Position numbers and translations under genes: made by a program | The notes under the pieces: generated by a model | Databases searched by the model: none | What the model was told of the DNA's origin: nothing | The model's input: the letters and a program-made list of their open reading frames with translations, nothing else | In this document: piece by piece, positions 28,878 through 36,980 of the stretch | How positions within the stretch are numbered: the stretch's first letter is position 1 | Layout of the letters: every line of letters starts with the position of its first letter | Source of the DNA: a virus | Taxonomy: Duplodnaviria; Caudoviricetes | IMG/VR virus record: IMGVR_UViG_3300025151_000050 | Location: 1 to 52,037 of that record | DNA: 52,037 bases | Direction: 5' to 3' (one strand)

Positions 28878-29693
28878 CTACGCAACACATTTTAACAGAT
28901 TGTCTGTAACATATGCATTATGACTAAACGATGCAACTGTAGGTTTCTTTTCATGCCATAGTATATCAGTACAAGCATTATATAAATCCCACATAGTATT
29001 CTTAGTTAATGCAGAATTATCATCGTCATTTACATAGTTATTAAGATATTGGTCTGTTATCTTACCCCATGTAGTTGTGGGTAGTGCAGGTATATTTTGC
29101 CTAGCAATCTTTAGAGTATCTAAATCCATTTCTAGATTTGTCATAGCTCTAAATTTTCTAGCAATACTCTCTACACTATTCCCACAACCATTTATGATAT
29201 TGACGACTTTCATCATTTCTTCTTCATAACCTTGGCTTGATATATCGTGTTTGAATCGATAGGAGTTGAAATGGTCGTTAGTCATCATACCATTAGTACA
29301 TACAAGTCTCATTAAGAATAACTTCATTTTTAATGCAGTGCTACCATCATAGCTATTCCAAAATCCTAAACCTAACGCTACATCATCATCTTTAGCTATT
29401 TGAACTCTATGAGTTTGAGATACTAGTCCATAAAAATATCTTCTACCATCAAAGAACTCTTTAGCTGGAGTAAATTCAGCATTACAAAGACTAGATATAG
29501 TATCAGCCATTTCTTTTACATCTTTGTTAGGTATTAATAAATATTTCTGTCCTACTACACCACATTCTACCCAGTCTTCTCTGCCTGTTCCATCTTTATT
29601 ATTCTTTATTTCTTTTCGCTGCACAGCAAAAGCTGAGGATGTAATCCCCTGATAATCTAAGGGGACTTTTCTTATTTCGTTATATGGATACAT
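28878..29693 (-). CDS. DUF932/DUF945-family protein
   Basis: Signature FWNSYDGS...RLVCTNGM...RFKH and a C-terminal WDLYNACT. Confidence 0.85.
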   Translation of the reverse strand: MYPYNEIRKVPLDYQGITSSAFAVQRKEIKNNKDGTGREDWVECGVVGQKYLLIPNKDVKEMADTISSLCNAEFTPAKEFFDGRRYFYGLVSQTHRVQIAKDDDVALGLGFWNSYDGSTALKMKLFLMRLVCTNGMMTNDHFNSYRFKHDISSQGYEEEMMKVVNIINGCGNSVESIARKFRAMTNLEMDLDTLKIARQNIPALPTTTWGKITDQYLNNYVNDDDNSALTKNTMWDLYNACTDILWHEKKPTVASFSHNAYVTDNLLKCVA

Positions 29694-31438
29694 TATAAAT
29701 TCCTTTCCATTTTAAGTTTGTTAAGTTTTAATACTAAGTTAAGTTGTTCCTTTTCTCTATTAGCAGTTGTAGCTACATGAAGCAATTTAATATTACCATC
29801 TTGACCTTTACGAGGTGTGATAGATAATACTTTACTTGCATTATATGCTATACGAAATGAGCCACGTGATGAAGCAATATTCATACCTTCAGCCATAGCT
29901 GTTTTAGTAATTTCTGATACAGCAAATACAACTAGGTTATTTCTAATAGCTACTTCTGTTAACGCACCTGCTATTTCCTCCATCTTGAGATTTAAGTCCT
30001 TATGCTTTGATTGCATTAAACCTATGTGGTCTACAACTACAACCTCTGGTTTAACAGGAAGCATATTTATCTTTTTCTCAAGCTCAAGAGCTAAACAAGG
30101 AGCATAGTCTACATACAACCATTTGAAAGCATCACTTATACCGTTCATACTTTGTTGGTAATACTCTCGTATCTCTTCTTCTGACCAGCCTTTTTCTATT
30201 TGAATAAAACGTTGCCATATTTGCCTAGCAGACATTTCCATTTCTAAGAAATAAGTTGGTCGTTTAAGATGATTAACCCAATTCTGTAAGAGCATAGTCT
30301 TCATAGATTTAGGTGGAGCTTGTATAACAACTAACTCGCCAGGATATATAGGAAATTCTACGCCATATTGTTTACCTATATCTATTGGCTTTAAATCACT
30401 ACGATAGAAATTAATTAAATTAGTTTCCATCTGTTCAGCTGTCATCAAACTAGTAGACTTCTTTGATTTATAGATTTTGCATGTAGATTTACAATAACTA
30501 TCCATTACTGTATCCATACATCCGTATCTATAGCCATTACCTCCATGACCTTTATAGCAATCAGTAACAATTCTATCCATTTCTGACACTTTAAATGGAT
30601 GTGAATCACTACTTACACGTTTACGCCAATCTTCCATAATAAGCCTAACTGTATGCTCAGGATAACGCCATCGCAGCCACGCAGCAATACGCAATGCTAC
30701 TGCATGACGATTTCCAAATGATGTACCTTGCAACATACCTGATATACAAGGATGATTGACAGGGTCAGGATTCATACCTACTTCGGTTTTATACATAACT
30801 GTTTCTTTCTTAACATTACGAACAAGAACATCGAATACTGGATTAGCAGCAATCAATTCTTTCGGCAACTTATCTTGTCGAGATTTACTAGCTAAGGATT
30901 GTATCTCTATTCCAGATAGACTATTTAATTCTTTTTCATCCATATATATTTTCCATAATCTGGATTTAGTATTTAAAGTATTATTTAGTCTTATTATTCT
31001 TGTTTTATCAGTTACTGAAGCATCAGCATAATCGTATACACCTTTCTTGGTAAGTTCATCTTTAACTTTAAGATGTAGATTTTGACAAGGCTCCCATTTA
31101 AAAGCAGTGTCAGGTATACCTATATGAAAACCTCTGCCACTAAAATATATATTATATGGAACTTCTAGTTTCTTAAGTAGTTTAAGAAGCTCTATTGTTT
31201 TAGCTTTAGCAGTTTCTATAGTATTACCATCTACATCTAATAAAAACTCTTTAGGCATATATATCTTACCATCAAAACCTGATAATGATTTAGTGCCTTC
31301 AAAGAACTTTATTACATAGCTATCATAACCATACAAAGAAATAAATGTATCCTTAGCTGTATTCTCAAACGAAGATTTCTTAGACGAATCAAAGAAATGA
31401 TGTCTATCAGAATAGCTAAACGCAAATTCTCTTATCAT
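29693..31438 (-). CDS. AEP primase-polymerase fused to a Cys-containing helical domain and a DnaB/RecA-type helicase
   Basis: AEP motifs LLDVD, FSGRGFH and RIIRL. Helicase motifs APPKSMKT, FLEMEMS and VVVDH. AAGGAG RBS. Confidence 0.85.
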   Translation of the reverse strand: MIREFAFSYSDRHHFFDSSKKSSFENTAKDTFISLYGYDSYVIKFFEGTKSLSGFDGKIYMPKEFLLDVDGNTIETAKAKTIELLKLLKKLEVPYNIYFSGRGFHIGIPDTAFKWEPCQNLHLKVKDELTKKGVYDYADASVTDKTRIIRLNNTLNTKSRLWKIYMDEKELNSLSGIEIQSLASKSRQDKLPKELIAANPVFDVLVRNVKKETVMYKTEVGMNPDPVNHPCISGMLQGTSFGNRHAVALRIAAWLRWRYPEHTVRLIMEDWRKRVSSDSHPFKVSEMDRIVTDCYKGHGGNGYRYGCMDTVMDSYCKSTCKIYKSKKSTSLMTAEQMETNLINFYRSDLKPIDIGKQYGVEFPIYPGELVVIQAPPKSMKTMLLQNWVNHLKRPTYFLEMEMSARQIWQRFIQIEKGWSEEEIREYYQQSMNGISDAFKWLYVDYAPCLALELEKKINMLPVKPEVVVVDHIGLMQSKHKDLNLKMEEIAGALTEVAIRNNLVVFAVSEITKTAMAEGMNIASSRGSFRIAYNASKVLSITPRKGQDGNIKLLHVATTANREKEQLNLVLKLNKLKMERNL

Positions 31439-31458
31439 ATTATTTCTCCTTGGGGTTA

Positions 31459-31548
31459 AAATGGGGACTCACGTATTCCTTCGCCTAACAGGGCACCTGA
31501 AAAGGTTATCGTAATTAGGACTTACAGGACGAGTTGATGTCCCCATTT
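31459..31548 (-). other. Structured intergenic element closed by a 10-bp stem AAATGGGGAC/GTCCCCATTT
   Basis: Perfect inverted repeat enclosing about 70 nt of comparatively GC-rich sequence between ssb and the primase gene. Confidence 0.6.
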
Positions 31549-31558
31549 ATAGGGTTAT

Positions 31559-32059
31559 TTAGAACGGGTCAGCAGTAGCTGTACTGTCAGCAGGCTTTTG
31601 TGTCCTACCAGCAATGTATTTCTCAGCTGCTTGCTTAATGTTTTCTATTCTATCTTCAGTATATTTATCTACTGCATTCTCAAATGGTGCGGCAGGAGCA
31701 ACCTTCTGAGCTACTTCTGCATATCCATTAGCATTTTTATAGAATAAAACTTGTAATTTCTTACCTTTTAATGATGCAGGACTGTCATCTAACGATGCCA
31801 TTTTAGTTCCATCATCACTTTCATGCTCTTCAAGAACATCAGGATTACAGCTACGAATCATATTAGATACGCTAAACTCTTCACCATCTTGTCCTCTTGC
31901 TTCCCAGATTCTACATTTAAGAGTTTCTGGATAGTCTTCAAACCATAAATCAACAAATCCAGAGCCATTATAGTCTCCTCTTTTAGCTTGACTTATCGTT
32001 ACATTCTTCCATCCTTCACCGAAAGATGTTCCTGATTTTTCTTTTACAGTAATTGCCAT
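31559..32059 (-). CDS. ssb: Single-stranded DNA-binding protein
   Basis: Beta-rich core, C-terminal ...ADPF tail, directly downstream of the Sak4-like gene. Confidence 0.65.
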   Translation of the reverse strand: MAITVKEKSGTSFGEGWKNVTISQAKRGDYNGSGFVDLWFEDYPETLKCRIWEARGQDGEEFSVSNMIRSCNPDVLEEHESDDGTKMASLDDSPASLKGKKLQVLFYKNANGYAEVAQKVAPAAPFENAVDKYTEDRIENIKQAAEKYIAGRTQKPADSTATADPF

Positions 32060-32062
32060 TAC

Positions 32063-32818
32063 TTATTCTCCTTGTGTTTTATTAATTAATGTTTTACAAC
32101 TAAGCGTTTTACCACTACCAGGTTCTCCTATAATAAGAATCTTTGCTGAATCCCAGCCTTTCTTCTTTATTACATCAAGTATTACCTGATAATCTTGTGG
32201 CATTTCAGGTTCTAACATTTGACTTCTATCTTTTGCATGACAATAGTGTTCGTCTCTAGCTGTTACCCAAACATACTCTCTTTCACCTTTCTTATTTTTC
32301 TTAACTTTGGTATACAATACAAAGTCAAACCATTTACCAACATCTACTTTAGTAGAGCCTTCGATATATGGCATCATTCGCAATACACCATTTTCATTGT
32401 CTTGTTCTGCTTTAGAATGACAATTAACTATCAAACTACATGGAATAGAGTTAGTAAAAGCAAAGAAACTATCTAGTTTATCCTTCAATTTACCCCATTG
32501 CTGTAGTTTTAACGCATCTTGTGAGCCTTTTAGCTCTCTTGCGTACTTTTTAGCCATTTCACTAGCTGTGTCAATAACCATACATTCTACTTTATGGCCA
32601 TCTTTAGGCACAACCTTTAGAGATGTCTGATTTACTTTAACACCATCTATATCAACAACTGATTCAACTCTTTCACGAGTCCATAGCTGTGCTATAAATG
32701 ATGAGAAGTCTGAGAATGTATTAAATTCAAGTGGGCTATATCCAAACATTTGTTTAATACTATCTCTGCTTCCTAGTGATTTGTAACCGTTTTCTAGGTC
32801 AACATATAGTGTTTTCAT
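32063..32818 (-). CDS. Sak4/AAA_24-like ATPase (recombinase), circularly permuted
   Basis: LYVDLENG, MVIDTAS (Walker B), WGKL, NCH, FDFVLY and AKDR. Walker A GEPGSGKT lies at the extreme C-terminus. Confidence 0.85.
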   Translation of the reverse strand: MKTLYVDLENGYKSLGSRDSIKQMFGYSPLEFNTFSDFSSFIAQLWTRERVESVVDIDGVKVNQTSLKVVPKDGHKVECMVIDTASEMAKKYARELKGSQDALKLQQWGKLKDKLDSFFAFTNSIPCSLIVNCHSKAEQDNENGVLRMMPYIEGSTKVDVGKWFDFVLYTKVKKNKKGEREYVWVTARDEHYCHAKDRSQMLEPEMPQDYQVILDVIKKKGWDSAKILIIGEPGSGKTLSCKTLINKTQGE

Positions 32819-32895
32819 ACGTTATTATTTCCTTTTTTATTTGATTTTTAGTAAGTGTTAAATTTACAATAACTTATACAATAATAAAAGAAATA

Positions 32896-33102
32896 TTACT
32901 TACTTACATTATATGTGTACTTAGCATAACCCTTTTTAGGTACAATATTAGTCTCAATATCATGACCTTCTTGCCTTAGATTAAATATTAAAGCACCTAA
33001 CCTAAAGCTTCCATATTTTTCTAAAGCTTCAAGTGGTGTTATGCTGCCATATGTTTGTAAGTGAGTAAGTACTTTTTCTTGTTTACTTATTTTCTTGTCC
33101 AT
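32896..33102 (-). CDS. Winged helix-turn-helix protein (HTH_39-like)
   Basis: Q..VL.HL...GSITPLEA...YG.FRL.A.I..LR..G..I.T pattern. AAGGAG RBS. Confidence 0.85.
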   Translation of the reverse strand: MDKKISKQEKVLTHLQTYGSITPLEALEKYGSFRLGALIFNLRQEGHDIETNIVPKKGYAKYTYNVSK

Positions 33103-33238
33103 AATACTCCTTTGCTGTTATTTTGTTGTCTTTAATAGTATTCCAATTGACTGATTTGGGAAGATTATCCCAGTCATATCCTAAATCGTAACCGTAATCT
33201 GATAGCCAATCTTGTGCTACATCTTTTACTCTACCCAT
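33083..33238 (-). CDS. 51-aa hypothetical protein (MGRVKDVAQDWLSDYGYDLGYDWDNLP...)
   Basis: Not in the ORF track. AAGGAG RBS, overlaps both neighbours. Confidence 0.7.
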   Translation of the reverse strand: MGRVKDVAQDWLSDYGYDLGYDWDNLPKSVNWNTIKDNKITAKEYYGQENK

Positions 33239-33482
33239 TTTTTATTCTCCTTATCAATATCCATTCTCCAGTATGAGTAACATGATGAATAATCTTTTCT
33301 TGCATTTGCCTATCATTTAACTCACCATCCTCCCATATTTCTTCTGCAGGTACTTCTTCCCAGTTATCTACATCTTCACCCATATCTTTATCTTTCCACC
33401 AATGATATCTTTTATCTTTGGGTTGTTCGTTTACAACTGGTTTACATACACATACTTTATAAATACATTTACATTCAATCAT
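33231..33482 (-). CDS. Hypothetical protein with Cys-rich N-terminus
   Basis: AAGGAG RBS. Confidence 0.65.
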   Translation of the reverse strand: MIECKCIYKVCVCKPVVNEQPKDKRYHWWKDKDMGEDVDNWEEVPAEEIWEDGELNDRQMQEKIIHHVTHTGEWILIRRIKNG

Positions 33483-33492
33483 ATTAATCTCC

Positions 33493-34353
33493 TTAGAATA
33501 TATATCTTATTGTTTGCCATGGTATGTTGTGATAATGTAGATTCTCAAACTTTTTAATGTAATCTTTCTTAAATCTATAGTAATAACGTATATTATCACC
33601 TCCATATTCAGATGTTTTATCTTCCTGTAAGCTTGGATTCCACAAAAATTCTTCACCAGATACATCATTATCTACATTATATTGATGCATTTCTTTATTA
33701 TGAGTTAAAAATATGCATTCTGCTTTGACTTTATCTTTAATACTATCATCTACAATAGCATTTACATGAGTAAATAACTCTTTATAATCTTCTACAAAGT
33801 CTTTATACATAATAATAGGTGAGTAATTTAGATGCACATCGTATCCAGCTTCATAAAAATCATTAACAGCTTTAATTCTGTCAAGTATTTTACTTGTACC
33901 AGGCTCTAATACATCAGACATCACTTGTGGCATTAAACTAAAGCGTATTCTAACCTTACGATTAGCGTTATATTTTAATAAATGTTTATTTACATACTTA
34001 GTAGCTGCTGTGCCCATAGCTTTTTCATTACTTTTAAAATAATCAAATAGCTTTTCCCATTCGTGGTACTTTGCATGAGCTACATAGTCCTCGTTACAGC
34101 TAAAGTCATAAGTATAATATGTTTCGTGTGTTTGATTAGGCTCTTTAGGCCAATCAAGTAGCCATAAATGTCTATCAATAGCATCTAATATAGCATTTGT
34201 ATTCTTAGCAATTGTCAAACCATGTTTATTATGCCTACGCATATAACAATAACTACATTTATATATACAGCCATAACCAAAGCTGGGAGTTATATAGTCG
34301 CTACTACGACCTGAAGGTCGAATAATCATTGACTTTCTATCTATATATTTCAT
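33493..34353 (-). CDS. splB: Spore photoproduct lyase family radical SAM enzyme
   Basis: GCIYKCSYCY (CxxxCxxC with the YCY tyrosines), DFSCNED (fourth Cys), RIRFSL and EPGTS...RI.A. The ATG at 34353 has an AGGAG RBS. Confidence 0.85.
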   Translation of the reverse strand: MKYIDRKSMIIRPSGRSSDYITPSFGYGCIYKCSYCYMRRHNKHGLTIAKNTNAILDAIDRHLWLLDWPKEPNQTHETYYTYDFSCNEDYVAHAKYHEWEKLFDYFKSNEKAMGTAATKYVNKHLLKYNANRKVRIRFSLMPQVMSDVLEPGTSKILDRIKAVNDFYEAGYDVHLNYSPIIMYKDFVEDYKELFTHVNAIVDDSIKDKVKAECIFLTHNKEMHQYNVDNDVSGEEFLWNPSLQEDKTSEYGGDNIRYYYRFKKDYIKKFENLHYHNIPWQTIRYIF

Positions 34354-34432
34354 TCTTGCTCCTGTATAAGGGCCTGCAACCTTGGTTATCAACTATTCGT
34401 CACAGGATTTACTGCAGACCCTATTATATTAT

Positions 34433-34684
34433 TTAATCTTTTAATCCTAATACTGGTAAAACATCTTGCTCTTTACCTGTTCCATACCATAATGCTCCAC
34501 CATCATTACCTTCATCATCTGCTTGTAATATTAATCGTGTGCCATTATCAAGAACTATACATACAGGCCTAGAATGCCAGTCATAATCTCTAGCTTCTTC
34601 AACACCCATATATTTTACATCAACTATTTTACGTTTAAGTAATACATCACGTGCTTTTTCATTCCAATATTCTGGTAAATCCAT
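34433..34684 (-). CDS. Hypothetical phage protein (DDEGNDGG motif)
   Basis: AAGGAG RBS, coupled to the upstream stop. Confidence 0.75.
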   Translation of the reverse strand: MDLPEYWNEKARDVLLKRKIVDVKYMGVEEARDYDWHSRPVCIVLDNGTRLILQADDEGNDGGALWYGTGKEQDVLPVLGLKD

Positions 34685-35244
34685 TATTTAGTCTCCTTAA
34701 TTTCTTTGTATTCATTTAGTTTTTCTCTTATTTCTCTTGCAGATTTACGTCCCATATTTTTATATTTTAAAAGTCTACTTTCAGGTATATACATAAGCTC
34801 TTCAAGATATTTAAATCCAGCATTTAAAAGACAATGATGTGTTCTAACACTAAATTCAGCATCTTGTATTGGAGTAATTAATTCTGCACCTTTATATTGA
34901 GAAGCAAACTTTTTATCAGTATATACATAATTAGATTTTACTTTTTCAATACATCTTAAAGCACCTTCTCTTTTTACTTTAAATACTACATGAAGTCTTC
35001 TTTTAACTTCATCAGGATTAACTTTAGGATAGTTTTCATTGTTTAAAATATAATTAGGTACATCACGATAATGATGCCATTGTTTACGTTGGTATATTTT
35101 ACACCATTGTCTAGCTCTTTCTTCTGTTACATCAAAATAAAACTTTTCACCTACTTTCATCTCAGACATAATTTGCATTGCCAGACTTTTAGGATATACT
35201 AGTTTTAATTTATTATTTTTTGTATATACTTTATATAATTCCAT
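34684..35244 (-). CDS. Protein with C-terminal RNA polymerase alpha-CTD domain
   Basis: PIQDAEFSVRTHHCLLNAG...LLKYKNMGRKSAREIREKL aligns by eye to RpoA CTD. The ATG at 35244 has a CAGGAG RBS. Confidence 0.85.
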   Translation of the reverse strand: MELYKVYTKNNKLKLVYPKSLAMQIMSEMKVGEKFYFDVTEERARQWCKIYQRKQWHHYRDVPNYILNNENYPKVNPDEVKRRLHVVFKVKREGALRCIEKVKSNYVYTDKKFASQYKGAELITPIQDAEFSVRTHHCLLNAGFKYLEELMYIPESRLLKYKNMGRKSAREIREKLNEYKEIKETK

Positions 35245-35289
35245 TGTTTTCTCCTGTGAGTTGATATTTATTATTAGTGATATACTTAT

Positions 35290-35680
35290 TGAAGCATTAT
35301 TAAGCTTTTTTATCATTCTATGGTAGTGCCTTAAAGACTGTGCTTGTAGTCCATATATTTTGTTTCCATCTCCATCAACAGTTTGCATGGGAGAACTTTA
35401 AGGTTCCTGGAATAAACTTAGGCTAACTTCTCAGGACTGCCATAGCTATAGTTAGCTACTTATATATGCTTTAGAGCTGTACCACACAATAACGGGCCAT
35501 TAAGGATATATTGTCCACCTTACTCTATAATTTAAAAGGGGGCTTGACCCTCGTTAGTGCCTAACAAACATTGTAAGTAAAATGTAAACACTCGCCTGTC
35601 AATATCCCCCTAAATGATTGGGTGCGACAGTATTTAAACTGCTAAAGATTTGCTGTCACACAACTCTTCGCACCCACAAC
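35290..35680 (-). ncRNA. Candidate multi-hairpin structured RNA region
   Basis: Successive stems at 35619-35676 (TGGGTGCGA) and 35537-35611 (long irregular hairpin), plus TAGAGT/GCTCTA and GCTAACT/AGTTAGC. Confidence 0.45.
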
Positions 35681-35687
35681 ATAGAAT

Positions 35688-36215
35688 CTAGCCGATTTCA
35701 AATCCACCAGATTCAGAGCAGAACAAAATAAAGTCTTGCAGATGACCCACACTAAATGGATACATCATATTAAAATCTTTAGGGTTACCATATTCATCTT
35801 TCTCAGCTTGTTCTATAGATAACTTTATTTCATTTTCATAATGAGCAGCTCTACCGTCATCAATACTTGCTTGTAAATCTCTAGCCATACCACTAGCTTT
35901 TTCTTCAGAGATTTCATAGCAGTCATTATAACTACCACGTTCAAAATCTTCTTCAGTTAAATCAGAACATACTTCACAAGCATACGCCCATAATCTACGC
36001 CACCACCATACATTAGAACGAAAATATATGCCTGGATTTTCTTTCTCTCTTAACGTCATTTCACTATAATAAGCCTTCTCTAACTCATCTTTAGCTTCTT
36101 TAAAAATCGCTTGTCGCTCATCCCAATTCATACCTTCATATTTATTATATGTAGGATATTTATCTTCGTTTATTTCTCTCATTACTGGATTCATACCATA
36201 TAAATCAAATCCCAT
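35688..36215 (-). CDS. Hypothetical phage protein (MGFDLYG...YFRSNVWWWR)
   Basis: TAAGGAG RBS, clean ORF. Confidence 0.8.
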   Translation of the reverse strand: MGFDLYGMNPVMREINEDKYPTYNKYEGMNWDERQAIFKEAKDELEKAYYSEMTLREKENPGIYFRSNVWWWRRLWAYACEVCSDLTEEDFERGSYNDCYEISEEKASGMARDLQASIDDGRAAHYENEIKLSIEQAEKDEYGNPKDFNMMYPFSVGHLQDFILFCSESGGFEIG

Positions 36216-36472
36216 TGTTCTTACTCCTTATGTTGTTGTTTATTATCAAAATCTAGACCCCAAGTAGTCTAGGAGGAGCAACTCGGGGCGGTGTGTATAT
36301 CTACACTTAAAGACTGTTTACTAACCACTTTCGCTCGTAGTATTCAACTCCTGTTAATGGGTCTGTGGCAGTTTCGTGAGAGGTGTTCCGAGAGTCCTAG
36401 GACCTCTGTCGTTTCAACATCGTGTGGTACTTTCTTCGTGCCATTAACTATTACAACACACGCTAATGTGCT

Positions 36473-36793
36473 TTAATTTATTTCCATCTCTATATTAAAT
36501 GGTTTAACATCTAAACCATCATCAAACTTATGGATAAAATCATTTATTACTTTCCATTTATCTTTATCTTTAGGTGATACACCAAACATAAATTCCATTT
36601 CTGCATTATTATTATGATGGTGTACATTTATATCGTTATCATAAACAGTAACTATTACATTCTTCGTGTTTACTTCATAACTATCACATATATCTTGTTC
36701 AACAGCATCTTGTATTGCTAACGCTATCGGACAATTACATTCATCTTCTTGAATACCATTTTTTATATGGTCTTTAGTAATCTCTATCAACAT
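36473..36793 (-). CDS. Hypothetical phage protein (CPIALA motif)
   Basis: GGAGG RBS. Confidence 0.75.
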   Translation of the reverse strand: MLIEITKDHIKNGIQEDECNCPIALAIQDAVEQDICDSYEVNTKNVIVTVYDNDINVHHHNNNAEMEFMFGVSPKDKDKWKVINDFIHKFDDGLDVKPFNIEMEIN

Positions 36794-36980
36794 TATACTT
36801 AGCCTCCATTTCTTTTTGGTCTAGCCAATTATCATAAGCATCCATTTCTTGCTCATTTTCTTTTATCTGTTGTTTTAATTCTTTTTTAAATGTTTCTATA
36901 TCATCATCAGCGTCTGTCTTTAATAAACGTAACGCTGTTTTTAGCATGGCTGTGCTATCAGCTAGTTCTGTGTAACTCAT
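36774..36980 (-). CDS. Acidic helical hypothetical protein
   Basis: TAAGGAG RBS. Confidence 0.7.
   Translation of the reverse strand: MSYTELADSTAMLKTALRLLKTDADDDIETFKKELKQQIKENEQEMDAYDNWLDQKEMEAKYNVDRDY

Noticed and set aside
34354-34392. TTG-started extension of splB
   Set aside because: It overlaps the leader hairpin, and the ATG at 34353 has a proper SD.
35245-35388. N-terminal extension of the alpha-CTD ORF in the ORF track
   Set aside because: The upstream ATG has no RBS, the ATG at 35244 has CAGGAG, and the extension overlaps the structured non-coding region.
36291-36476. 61-aa + strand ORF within the early region
   Set aside because: Opposite to the operon, GTG start without a well-placed RBS, and better explained as structured non-coding sequence.
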